Below, one piece after another: positions 12,001-20,700 of a stretch of 64,000 bases of DNA. Source of the stretch: a virus (lineage: Duplodnaviria; Caudoviricetes); IMG/VR virus record IMGVR_UViG_3300035498_000732, positions 32,001-96,000 of that record. One strand, written 5' to 3'. A program made the translations under genes and the position numbers. The stretch's first letter is position 1. Each line of letters opens with the position of its first letter. Below the pieces are notes generated by a model that did not search any database, was not told the DNA's origin, and saw only the letters and a list, made by a program, of their open reading frames with translations.

Positions 12001-13628
12001 ATGGCGGTAGATCTGGATTAATGAAATCTAGATTGCTTAGTAAGCATTATGGCGGAGGAACTGCTCTTTCTGATATGCATATGGGTGAGAATGGTCTTAA
12101 TCTTCTCAAGAGTTTTGAGACATGCAAACTTACAGCATATAAAGGAGCTGGTGAATCAAATTGGACAATAGGCTGGGGCCACTGTGCATCTGATGTTAAA
12201 CAAGGCCAGACAATAACTCAATCTCAGGCTGATAATTACTTGAAGAAAGATGTTGTTGGCTCAGAAGATGCTGTAAAGAAGTATATGGCCAATGCATCAT
12301 TTACTCCAAATCAAAATCAGTTCGATGCATTAGTTGATTATGTATATAATAGAGGGTCTGGAGCAGCAAAAGAATTATTCAATAATTGTAAAACAGTTGA
12401 AGAGTTCTCCAATGGTATTTTGAAATATTGGGGGAGTAATACTGCATCTTACAAAGGAATAATGAATAGGCGTAAAGCCGAGTATAATTTGTTCAATTCC
12501 TCAAAAGATAATGTAGTTACAGATACTTCAGATTCATCTACTAGCACAGATTCAAGCAGTAGTTCATCCTCTGATGGTATTTCAGGACTGTTTACCAATG
12601 GAGTAAAGAAGATCCTCACATCCATGTATGGCAGTGATGTTGTTAATTTCGTATATGGAGATGATAGTGATGATGATGATAGTAGTAGTTCAGATGATAC
12701 ATCATCAACTGATACAACATCTTCTACCAGTGCTGCAACTATAACTGACAATGGTGCAACTGTAAGTTCATCTACAACTATAGGTGAAGCCGTAGCCAAA
12801 GATGCATATAATTACATAGGTAATAAGTATGTACTTGGTGGCAATGATCTTAATAATGGTATTGATTGCTCTGGATTTGCACAGCAATTGTACAAGAAGC
12901 AGGGATTTACAATACCAGAACGTCATTCATCTAATCAGTATACTGATAGTACTACTGGTAAAACAATTAGTGGAGGATCATTCAAAGATCTTAAACCTGG
13001 TGATGTAATGTTCTTCTCTAATAATGGAAAAGCTAGTGGAATACATCATGTTGGTATATATGTCGGCAATGATACAATGGTTCATGCCTCCAATAGTTCT
13101 CCATATCCAAAGGGCGGTGTCAAAGAAACTAAGAATCTTTCAACCAACTCATATTATGTGAAAGAATATGTAGGTGCTAAGAGGTATGGATCTGGTTCTG
13201 GACTCATTGATCAGAGTAAGGTTGTTGATGCAAACAGATTATTTGGCGGAGCTGCATCATCTACAGAAGGATCGATTTCTTCTACTAATGCTGTAAAAGC
13301 TCGTAAAGCTAAAGAGAATAGTACTGCTTATCAGATGTCTGATGGTATTAAGTCTATTGCCAGTAGTATTTCAAATACTGATTTATCATCTATTACAGAT
13401 TCTATTAGCAGCTTGCTTGAAGTACTTAATAAGATTGCAGACAATACATCAGTTATTGCTACTATATGTGATCTTATTAAGAAGATTATACCTGACAATG
13501 GTGATAATGAATCATCATCTACTACTAAAGCAGATACTACTTTAAGTTCTTCTGGCAATAAGGCTACTACAGACGATGAGAAAGTTACTCAAGTTGTAGA
13601 CATTCTTATGAAATTAGCTCAAGCTTAA
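3054..13628 (+). CDS. Tape-measure-like tail protein with C-terminal C39-like peptidase, GH24 lysozyme and NlpC/P60 domains
   Basis: 3524 aa; Gly/Ala-rich hydrophobic repeats; three AxGG...KxGxAAxSxGE repeats; GCAP..HYVL..VNDP (~11508-11990); FETCKLTAY..TIGWGH..NQFDAL..RRKAE (~12081-12495); DCSGF..PGD..HVGIY..HAS (~12780-13190). Confidence 0.85.
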   Translation: MAMFNGIKYVKNLTKSFGYAMVDVVGDMNPTLKSFTETNQELGKELYATVTDWKGTVKKAKTAIVESDVYEFAKTYKENLFEDLKNGTFYNKARKDEYEVRLSGWSDEQLKEDFGDMFDDDDDINFDDWDEDDLRSDLFIAESMDDVGEKISAANAEVTTKSAEYIVRGQKESTKILYQQNNALMGQALKGMAAINSNLGQLAGMPEMMQVQVNNASKFFEDTTGRLDHITELLENISNNTNLSNEFNQSNEKSDDFTFSDIIDSKGMPNLKKYFSVIKKNIANSSSEFDMLGNLFGGGNVALTFAASPLEELMKAAVKQVIPKVLSSSMDRFNSTLQGFFGSLISKINGGYGSDNPIINWVSKIFGIDSSLNTDIDPSRYEKGKVAWDGVSRKALVEVIPGQLSKIVSALTGESPLVFDPESGTMKSITDIYDNAKNRVKNSANYAGSDVRAQIYDVLDKSKYSFRSYNEKKRFEDDLNRFFMYAFNAGGIDGRAIKRRGEGGLSDIGIDNSKLLEGIFEKISETEEGRNSLLNLNRRILRERDSLSNHTKYMERKGSIESYLSNGMFDDYLYEFESDDNKKLRAAGYSTMDSLSGVQTFAKQIDDYGHNIFYYLQEQLMRLDKIYEFTDYMVENGVNGDWIPRSDLDQDRHLILTGGSTIDNNRLIRARIITPSGHYVRRPPSKLNEIEPDEYLEKTTAKYILDDYNRRQSENYINERNSYRQDNPDFMETYNDDTSGEFSFKVDVERDIENREEKNRDKNWIDRLLSEKTLEGKLGVFQEKTQDFLNKPLLWVSNMLDSANEKVYKLIYGTDIEKDLEEKGLIGILSDSIHNTFDNVNLWIDDNILAPLKAKLGLRGEEGGLLTKVADVMGWDIEKFKRDKARGIFGTYDEDTKTRSGGLLGDYMQSVKDAAKDVAKWGTGSVRDVRDTVSNGLGLNEIVNPYADTETEAGSSYDHSNAIISALNNASIKADYDPVQAGYDMYDQIFGNSEPEAPKPKNKYINEENENRVAEMLNSINGYAVGGQVKKTGIAAVSEGELIIPSELNPYYKGTTNKAQQMKDEDNAVKKFFGKYASGTTDVGDGNNGYIINIAINKVADKLKKANTTREEIAQYLQDNPPDKELDADGEISYYVNLAKKYLNKKISEYAINKLTGAKKKIVKYDNSAGNYTLSDGTVMTMKAGEYVKKVGGEAKLFASNSKSFLGDSFGQLGSAFKSVAEVYHRSTDNRKGSDTPESQAFDEMIDDVKENFTKDYAGATTVGAGIGGLASLITGAVGGPLLGAAVGGAVGLTLKSNKVQDWLFGKEVDTDEGKKLEGGVLSEQASKFIKEKLPDLAKFGLVGGAAGTITGHPLLGTFIGSGIGFAKNSEKFQSLLFNTTNKQGHTTKGLFNMTSEQFNDMIAKRLPKMGAGAIAGLALGPFGLVPNLVIGSAIGFASDTNTFKDTLLGKVNEKTNKREGGLIEELTKTIFKPFVNFGKNTVDRLTKWLDDEIMGRISKSIEPIAHYFETQGLRFARWIGRGFKGVGNAIGGSTTGRRIYRRIIEPVRNAAGNLANTAIDIAKAPITFGAKALENRAMAGQAHDIRLGYTDNLTIDEVMDQYKNNPFLTNYADGNVPLEIENTKDANMYRMQAGVYDLKKAGDLKRLKDLQGAVDAMGNISTTYKQKQKNIIAEMRDKTLNDYNIRQSNKDRLVGLVKAGKLNEDNIDEYLSDIKAVNGESFSYDDRNKLREALLTGAGKLADLKSDYTTLDENGKSVFEKNQKKIIEQQMKDFGIADDKFAKFIFGNQVQRERFAELLGNTINKMEEENIHDEDKSPEEKIGESVEDNVNNLNNHMQDRHDELIDLIKQAINTIAARTGGERQFAENGDYIGENSPVNSKGATNKAKDIVEDAEKKANESLTDNPSDKFKFDQDLANEDYLNAADEAKKRQDDATADIENFATAATGGKVNKSGLAAVSKGELILPEFYGKFADGGIIGALKGDGLNIPGYGNIRLRPEFGGTPRNKTITSLDGTYVYDEESHEYEAADAETRAADAKKEKLKDSLISIPDKLNNVIDALGGTEDADDKEKESNGFLSSILSMLGLTGASGIGATILKFASKGIGFAMTLLGPIAAAALMGTFFSGKLDGIINTFSSTIGSYIMKLLGADEDVDTIKSNISQSGENGEDGASDIVKYSLTKDFLKGGKHFKAFFRKANEKLANNKLFRNATVLTKGTNFVSNAYNTIANKLFGGAKDAAETVVEDSSESLWGSFLEHNGDNAASAIMNEGDDLARAAASGNKEGLLKKFTGLFKNKNVETAAESGVEKAAESSILQSALKSSKEAVSKVLAAIAGHLPEGLKNNISKIKDAIDNLIETQAKKKAEKDGVENAAKLIPLVGKVVTVAFFVADYLTGYNKASSILGVENPTACEKVISGLVNGFLGIGFFTSLIPSKLFITTMIDVIGPLLGIDSTELKQRRQEYADKVESYNEENGTNYSIEQYNSSVNGEKGFFEKTISNVKSLFSSKARTTRDSMLDSDGNVVAGALDKTTKRWKKFWQKKVDNGMDQSYAEALYRNEILHDSSMSLTDDYIADLQEKIQKYQQTSGSQQIPDITVDLNGLIRHNKANGQKGANVSYGDTTTADYVGNYALGGIIKKTGLAALSKGEMVVDNAKDAISAITSKLFGGLGNVDISGYESVTDLGTFISDLMNLDVKTNGWEEFWKKADADDEDSGALAPIKKLIKRLIASMVAPVFAMNMSMNSVAGTFSNTLGTSNTTDTSDQTTTTTSSSSGSKSLLSMAASAAKGVLSKVSGGIKKFFGGGTGKEDYDSEDGTFISQISDKYANLSYGNSTFADEGCAPATAAMFLNNTMGNQYGASIEDAAKYAVSGGYKVDNDGTKDQFFKDYFTTKGIDTESIQNSKGIYDSIAAGKPTVLLGQDAKNTSKKKSPFGKDPHYVLATGVDENGNIIVNDPEAKKGGKAYNKSILNGVKNAIAPKKNGGRSGLMKSRLLSKHYGGGTALSDMHMGENGLNLLKSFETCKLTAYKGAGESNWTIGWGHCASDVKQGQTITQSQADNYLKKDVVGSEDAVKKYMANASFTPNQNQFDALVDYVYNRGSGAAKELFNNCKTVEEFSNGILKYWGSNTASYKGIMNRRKAEYNLFNSSKDNVVTDTSDSSTSTDSSSSSSSDGISGLFTNGVKKILTSMYGSDVVNFVYGDDSDDDDSSSSDDTSSTDTTSSTSAATITDNGATVSSSTTIGEAVAKDAYNYIGNKYVLGGNDLNNGIDCSGFAQQLYKKQGFTIPERHSSNQYTDSTTGKTISGGSFKDLKPGDVMFFSNNGKASGIHHVGIYVGNDTMVHASNSSPYPKGGVKETKNLSTNSYYVKEYVGAKRYGSGSGLIDQSKVVDANRLFGGAASSTEGSISSTNAVKARKAKENSTAYQMSDGIKSIASSISNTDLSSITDSISSLLEVLNKIADNTSVIATICDLIKKIIPDNGDNESSSTTKADTTLSSSGNKATTDDEKVTQVVDILMKLAQA

Positions 13629-13692
13629 ATAAATGCAGAGGGTAGATAGCCCTCTGCAACTTTTATGTAATTTAAGAAAGGGGGAATTAAGT

Positions 13693-15606
13693 ATGGCACT
13701 CCCATCGGGTTATTCTAGCACATCTCTAAAGGGTACTGTATCTGTAACAAGTGATACTATAGTAGCTTATCCAGTAAGCTCTGATGGATCTCCTACATTA
13801 TCAGGAACTATCACTGTTAAGCAGATATCTAATGGAGGTAATAAAAAAGAAGTAAAAACAACAAAGACATTTAATGGAACTAGTTGTATTCAATATGATG
13901 ATGATACTACTTTTACTCATCTTATATATGTAAAAGCCAGTACGGTATATGGAACTAATTCTAAGCTATTAGATAAAAAAGGCAAAAGCTATGCAGCTAC
14001 AAAGTATTATATATCTAATCTAACTGCAGGAGTATCAATAACAAATCTAGCAAATAAAACTACAGCACAAGCAACTAAAGCGAGTACCAAGACTAGTTCT
14101 ACCACTAGTAGCAGTAGTGATGCAACCACAACAGATACTACAGAAGATACTGGAGTAGAAGCTGATGTAAGTGCTGGTGCTACCACTACTAAGATTACTA
14201 GTGATGTGGTTATGACTGGAGATTTTCTATCTAATTCTATGGATGGAATATTTGGATTACCATACCAATGGCTTCCAGATACAGACACTAGATTAGATGA
14301 TTCAGAATTTGGCAGAATGTATGCCACTAAGATAGCAGCAAGAATGCCATTATTATTTCTCACCCCAGGAACTCCAGCATTTATGCCAGGTGCAAGCGAT
14401 GATACTAAGGCTAATGTAAAGAGTACTATTGTAGAATCATTATTGGATAACGGTAGTGCTTTATCCAGTAAAGTAGAGACAGCAGTAGAAGCATTACTCG
14501 GAAGTGCAGAAGATGAAGGATGCGCTAAATATTATTCTATGAATTTTGCATACGATGATTACTATTCATATGTCAATCCAATGTGCCAGATTACCGCAAA
14601 ACTACTTGGATTAGATAAAAAAAGTATCACAATAAATAAAAAGACAAAATCTCTTACAGCATTTACATGGCAAGATGCTCTCAGTGGAGATTTTTCTGAT
14701 TATTTTTCTGCGGTTAATGCTATCCCATTCTATATTGATGCTGCTACATCAGTAAGTGAATCTTTCAATAATGATACTACTGCATCTGCATTAGCTAGTG
14801 CAGCTAAGTCTGCCTCTAGTGGTGCTAAAGAATTGAATTTCTTAATGGGTACTGCTAGTTCTATTGGAAAAGAAGGTGGATTATTTGATACAGTAAACAG
14901 TGCACTTGATGAAATTAAATCCGGAATAACTGGTGTAAGTAGTGCATCTAGATTTCTTAATAATGTAACGAATGGATTGACGTCTATAGCTCAAGGTGGC
15001 GCTATGCTATTCCCAGAGATATGGGATAGTAGCTCATTTGGCCGTAGCTATAGTATTAATATTAAATTAAGATCTCCAGATTGTGATGATTTATCAATAT
15101 ATTTGAATGAATTAGTTCCATTATATCACTTATTAGGAATGGTTGCTCCTCATACCTTGAATAAGAACTATAATACCTATTCATCTCCATTCTTGGTAAG
15201 AGCATATTGCAAGGGAATGTTTAATATTGATATGGGAATCATTACATCAATGGATGTATCAAAAGGTAAAGAAGGATCTTGGAATGCAAATGGTCTTCCT
15301 ACAGAGATAGATGTATCTCTTACCATTAAAGATCTATATGAGTTATTTAGTATCACTGCAGCCGATACATCCCTTACCAAAGTATTATCTAGTCCTCTAG
15401 ATATTATTAAGAATACATCTATGATGGATTACTTATGTAATACAGCTGGTGTTAATATCAATAAAGCAGAGATTCAGAGAAATGTACAAATATATTTAAT
15501 GCTTGTGACAAATAATGTCAAGAATTGGCCTAGCAATAAATGGCTTCAATTCCAGACAGCTGTTGATAATAAGCTTCACACCATGTTCAGTCGGCGAAGT
15601 AAGTAA
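13693..15606 (+). CDS. Virion structural protein (tail/baseplate)
   Basis: Follows the tail lysin; late promoter 13658-13671; RBS favours ATG 13693 over 13633; FPEIW..S..RSY..PFLVRAY..G.I pattern resembles tail-tube-fold baseplate proteins. Confidence 0.55.
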   Translation: MALPSGYSSTSLKGTVSVTSDTIVAYPVSSDGSPTLSGTITVKQISNGGNKKEVKTTKTFNGTSCIQYDDDTTFTHLIYVKASTVYGTNSKLLDKKGKSYAATKYYISNLTAGVSITNLANKTTAQATKASTKTSSTTSSSSDATTTDTTEDTGVEADVSAGATTTKITSDVVMTGDFLSNSMDGIFGLPYQWLPDTDTRLDDSEFGRMYATKIAARMPLLFLTPGTPAFMPGASDDTKANVKSTIVESLLDNGSALSSKVETAVEALLGSAEDEGCAKYYSMNFAYDDYYSYVNPMCQITAKLLGLDKKSITINKKTKSLTAFTWQDALSGDFSDYFSAVNAIPFYIDAATSVSESFNNDTTASALASAAKSASSGAKELNFLMGTASSIGKEGGLFDTVNSALDEIKSGITGVSSASRFLNNVTNGLTSIAQGGAMLFPEIWDSSSFGRSYSINIKLRSPDCDDLSIYLNELVPLYHLLGMVAPHTLNKNYNTYSSPFLVRAYCKGMFNIDMGIITSMDVSKGKEGSWNANGLPTEIDVSLTIKDLYELFSITAADTSLTKVLSSPLDIIKNTSMMDYLCNTAGVNINKAEIQRNVQIYLMLVTNNVKNWPSNKWLQFQTAVDNKLHTMFSRRSK

Positions 15607-15661
15607 AAAATAATTGCCCCTTCCACTTCAATATAAGTTTTATAGTGGGAGGGGATTTATT

Positions 15662-16405
15662 ATTAAAAATCGTAAACAGAAATCGCAAGATTATGAAAAG
15701 AAGTACTCTCAGATACCTAGAGATAGAGAAGAGAGATTAAGTTGGATGGTAGATCATTATAATCTATCTCCTAATAAGATGGATGAAATCATTGAAAAGA
15801 AAAGGAATATGGAATTTTATCTTCAATATTACAATTATAAGATTGTATTATATGAGATACCAGAAGGAATGCCTAGACCTAGATTTAGGTTCATAAATAA
15901 GAATAATTATATGATGGCTGCTATGTCTAATCCTAACTTTGTTCAAGTATATTCTCCTACTGCTGGAGATGATTTTAGATTCATGAGAAAATTACAAGAA
16001 GATGAGTTGATACAATTACAACAATTTGTACAAACTCCTTGTGAAGTATACATAGAATCTTATTTTCAGACACCATCATATTTCAATATAACAGATGTAT
16101 TTATAGCAGAGATTGGACTACATCCACAAGTATTAAAACCAGATTGGGATAATATTGGAAAGAAATATTCTGATATGTATAATCACAATATCTGGTTAGA
16201 TGATTCACTAGTAATAGATGGACGAGTAAGAAAGTTTTATTCTATTCTTCCAAGAGTAGAGATATATTTACGCTATCTTAATTATGCCACCAATATTCAT
16301 CAATATAAAAATATCACAGGACGTAAGGAATATAAACCTGAATATCCTATAAACTATTTAGATCAGAAAGGAGAACCATATGGCAAAAGTTGGATCGACA
16401 CTTAG
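15662..16405 (+). CDS. RusA-like Holliday junction resolvase (start uncertain: ATT 15662 or TTG 15614)
   Basis: PRPR, KPDWDNIGK and WLDDSLV motifs of the RusA family; SD GGAGGG 8 nt before ATT 15662. Confidence 0.75.
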   Translation: MKNRKQKSQDYEKKYSQIPRDREERLSWMVDHYNLSPNKMDEIIEKKRNMEFYLQYYNYKIVLYEIPEGMPRPRFRFINKNNYMMAAMSNPNFVQVYSPTAGDDFRFMRKLQEDELIQLQQFVQTPCEVYIESYFQTPSYFNITDVFIAEIGLHPQVLKPDWDNIGKKYSDMYNHNIWLDDSLVIDGRVRKFYSILPRVEIYLRYLNYATNIHQYKNITGRKEYKPEYPINYLDQKGEPYGKSWIDT

Positions 16406-16748
16406 ACAAGAGCTACTTCAGAATTTTTATGATGAAAGTATGATGAACACAATAGCAAAATCTATAGTAGATAATTTAAATTGCAAAGCTACTATTAAAT
16501 ATATTGACCCCGCATCTAAGCAGATTGCAATTACTGTAAAATCGAAAGATAAAACATCTTTCGCTATGTATGATGTGATATCTAATTCAATCATTAAAGC
16601 CATATATCCAATAAGATCTGATTTATCCATGGTTGCTCAATTGGATTATAGCAAAGCTATGACTAATGCATGTAACTTCAATACTATGTATAATGCTACA
16701 ATTACCCCAATTAATGGAACATCATCTATACTTACAGTATATCTTTGA
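16380..16748 (+). CDS. Hypothetical protein
   Basis: AGGAG RBS, overlaps the resolvase end, followed by a terminator. Confidence 0.6.
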   Translation: MAKVGSTLRQELLQNFYDESMMNTIAKSIVDNLNCKATIKYIDPASKQIAITVKSKDKTSFAMYDVISNSIIKAIYPIRSDLSMVAQLDYSKAMTNACNFNTMYNATITPINGTSSILTVYL

Positions 16749-16755
16749 TAAAAAT

Positions 16756-16790
16756 CCCGGTAGGATTATTTCCTACCGGGTTTATTTTTC
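16756..16790. terminator. Bidirectional terminator
   Basis: cccggtagga / tcctaccggg between convergent genes. Confidence 0.8.
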
Positions 16791-17732
16791 TTAAGATACA
16801 ATTGCCTTAATAGAATCAGAACTATAATCTTCAAGTTGAATTGTATTCAGCATCTCCATAAGGGTATAGATAGCTGTATTGGCTTCAATCAACTTATCAT
16901 AATTGATCTTGCCATCCTCAGCATATACCTTAGCAAGCTCTGGATTTCTCATAACTTCCTTAGAAGTACTCCTTACCATCTGCTCAAGTACAGATCTAGA
17001 TCTTCCAGTAGTAACAGAGTTCATTCTTGCTTTAGACATCATAACAGCTTCTTGCTGCTGAATATCAGCAGAATCATCTGTAGTCTCACCTTCTTCATTA
17101 CTCTGCTTAACAGCCTTGATTCTTTCAGCTGCTCCACGCATAATATCATCCATATCTAATTTATCTTGGATATTATCTGTAGCCATCTTCTCTTCTGCAT
17201 CTACTACACGCATTCTAATAGCATTAGTAATATCCTCAATCTCATCAGACTGAGATAAATTATCATAGAACTCCTGCTCATCATCTGGATCAATTGCATA
17301 TGTATCTGGATTATTTACATCAGCATCTTCAATAGCTTCTGTAATGTAATCATTAAGCATATTAGCAGCTTCAGATAAGAATAAAGTCTTACCATTCATT
17401 CTTCTAATAAGATTATCAGCACCATTTTCAGTTACATATTTATGCAATGCTGAAATGCCGATTCCTTTAGCAAAATCAGATACACTATTCATATCTAATA
17501 CTGTCTCATAAATACTCTGAAGCATTCCAGTTACATAAGTTTCAGATACACTCTTTTTGAAATCTGCATATGCTCTAACCTTATTTGCTCTCTTCATATC
17601 TGCAGATTCTTTTAATGAATTTACTTTTCTATATTCAGAATCTAAAGCTACTTGTTCAGCATAGGCAGTTTTTCTCTGAATCTCTTCTTTAGCCTTTTGG
17701 CTTTCATAGATATCTAAATAACTAAATCCCAT
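16791..17732 (-). CDS. Putative virion head protein
   Basis: Late promoter 17755-17768, AGGAGG RBS, repeated xxE|S/A motifs (SLKES, FLSEA, YITEA). Confidence 0.5.
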   Translation of the reverse strand: MGFSYLDIYESQKAKEEIQRKTAYAEQVALDSEYRKVNSLKESADMKRANKVRAYADFKKSVSETYVTGMLQSIYETVLDMNSVSDFAKGIGISALHKYVTENGADNLIRRMNGKTLFLSEAANMLNDYITEAIEDADVNNPDTYAIDPDDEQEFYDNLSQSDEIEDITNAIRMRVVDAEEKMATDNIQDKLDMDDIMRGAAERIKAVKQSNEEGETTDDSADIQQQEAVMMSKARMNSVTTGRSRSVLEQMVRSTSKEVMRNPELAKVYAEDGKINYDKLIEANTAIYTLMEMLNTIQLEDYSSDSIKAIVS

Positions 17733-17771
17733 TTTAGTTCGACCTCCTTATTAAATTATATTGATGTTTTC

Positions 17772-20700
17772 CTATACCACATTGACATTAATATCAGCAG
17801 TCTTAGTTCCATCTTCATTATAAATCATATTAATATTGATAAACTCAGGTACAAGATCTACATAATCTTCATCTGAATGATAAAGATGTTGTACACCAGG
17901 TCCATAATTATCAATACTTAAGAACTCAAAGTATTCAATAGATTCTCTGAATTTATTTGTTACATCAGTAATCAAATTCGGAATATGAAGACTAGGTTCA
18001 CCATTAAGATCCTCAATGATAACTTTCTTTACATATGCCTTAATGTAATCTACAGTATTTACATCATGAGATGTCTTTAATTTAAGATCAAAATTAAGCT
18101 GTATATTTACTCTATCTATCAGAGTATATCCATCCAATGTAAATAATTTAGATGGGCCATATGTATTGAAGAACTTAAAGTCTAATCCAAATGGATTCCA
18201 AATCTTACTATTAGCATTATCAATGTATGCTTTCTTATAATTTAACTGATTTACAAAGTAATCCATTCTATCTTCATTCAATGCATACTGATATCCTACT
18301 ACTGGAAGACTTATTAATTCATATGCCTGATCCATTGTTTCATCACCATCTACTACACTTAGCTTAGATGACATAATACCAGAATAATTTACAAAGAAAT
18401 CCAATCCATCATTAACTTCAAACATATTTGTCACAGAATAATTTTCAAGTCCAGGAATATATGCATCAAGATCATATCTTCCTGCAGCACCACCATCTTC
18501 TACCAACACATATATTTTAGCAGGAGTATTACCAGCAAAGTAACCATAATCAGATCCTTCTTGACCGCAAATACCAAGATTCTCTATTCTGATATTATTT
18601 TCAGAATCTAAGATAATATTCTTTGTCTCCATTACAAATTGGAAATTGAATGAATAAGTAGATGCATCAAATGATACAAAATTACCCTCAGAGTATCTAT
18701 ATGCAGATCCATTTCTGTATAAGACAGTGAATACTTTAACTTTCATTGCTGTTACCACTGTGACTAATTCATCATCTAACTCTACTTGTTCTTCTTCATA
18801 TAATCCCATATCCTCCTGGATATTTTGAGATACAGTAATATCCATCTTATAACAATTATTATCAGTAATAAACTTACGATACCAATCTATATAATTGCAG
18901 ATAAACTGAATATCAGAATCCTGATTGATATACTTATAATTCATATACTTACTTTCATCAATAACGCAGAGATAGTATGATGCATATTGCTGATCTCCAG
19001 CATTAATGATAATAGTATATGGATTTGTATAGTAGAATACTGTATTATCACTAGTATCTACTTCAAAATCTTTTTCATCTGTAACCAAATACATGAAGTC
19101 TAATACAGATGCATCATATACTGGCTGTACTTGTGAGATATTATCTACTACTTTATAAGTAGGATTATTTACTACTTCATCATTTTCTGTAAATTCAGAC
19201 TCAGTCCCTTCTCCACCAGTACCCTCCACTCCATCTGTAAGTACAATTGTATCGTAATCTTCACCAGATGATTCTTGAGTAGGTGGATTCTCAGTATCTA
19301 CATTAGTAGTGTCTACTTCATAATCTGTTACTCCAGACTCTAATCTGGTTTCTGCATCTGGATCTTCTGCATCACTTTCTTCCATTGCAGATAATGCTTC
19401 TGTAGCAGCTGTATTAATAGCTACTAATTCAGGTTCAATATCTGGATCATCTAATGCTGATACTGTTGATGGTTCCCCTTCATCTGTATTACTTGATTCT
19501 TCTCCAGTATTATCTATCTCCCCCTCTGATTGTTCCTCATTCGAGTCGCTCCCTTCTTTTTCTGACCCATCTGCTGTTTCCCCATTTTCATCTGTTTCAT
19601 TGTTGTCTGATTCACTGTTTTCTTCACTGGTTCCTTCTCCTCCGCTGTTCTCTCCATTATCACCTGTCGATAAATCTTCTGGAGTTTGATTGCTCTCAGT
19701 TTCTTTATTATCGTCTTTATCATCTCCATTACCCTCCTCAGGTTGATCTGTAGTATCTATAATTTCATTATCCTCTTTAGTAGCAAGATCTCCTAATCCC
19801 TCTTCAGATATATCATTATGAATAAGAACTCCATATCCATCTGCGCTACTATATTTAATAATAGCACCAGCAGGAATTACGTACCTTTCATTAGTATTAA
19901 TTGGAAGATCACATTTTCTAGTGAAGAGCTTAATGGTATTCGTTGGAATTATATTAGACTCTTCATCTTTAATAAGAAGATGTGCATAATATGTATGCTC
20001 AACTTGGTTATCTACTTTACGATCCATTCTAATCATATTATCATCAGTATTCAACTGATTAAAATAATTATCAAGGTCTGTATCTGTAGTAATAGCTCCT
20101 CTAGCTAATGCTTCTTTAGGTATAATGGTCTTTAATTCATCAGCACTTTTAGCGTCTTGGCCATTCTCTGAATCTGTTTGAATCCAAACCATTGAAGTTA
20201 TATTGGAATAATTATAAGTATCAGACTCAAGTGTAGCAAATACTGCATCTTGAAGATACTTAAAGTTACCCTCATATGCTTTTGTAGTCTGCATTCTTAC
20301 ATTAATTTCTGTATTGATCTTTGGAGTATATGATGTACGTTCAAATTTAACACGTACTCTTGTATCATCAAGTAAGATATAATAGCAGAACTTACTATCT
20401 GTAGGTGTTACTCCTCCCTCATATATAGGAGTCAATGTTGTGGTTATTCCATTATCTACTACATCCACTACAAAGTCAGCTAATTGATCCTCATGAGTAA
20501 ATATAAAAGTCTTATTGTCAATAAGATTACTGGTAATCAATTTATTCTGTACTGTGGTAAGGGTAACCTGATATAATTGAACTTGCACTCCTAAATATTT
20601 CTCTCCTCCATATACCATTGTAACAGGAGCATTAAGGTAAGGATTAGTAATATTAGAAAGATTATTCGGTTCTGAATTATCATATCTAGCAGTATATACA

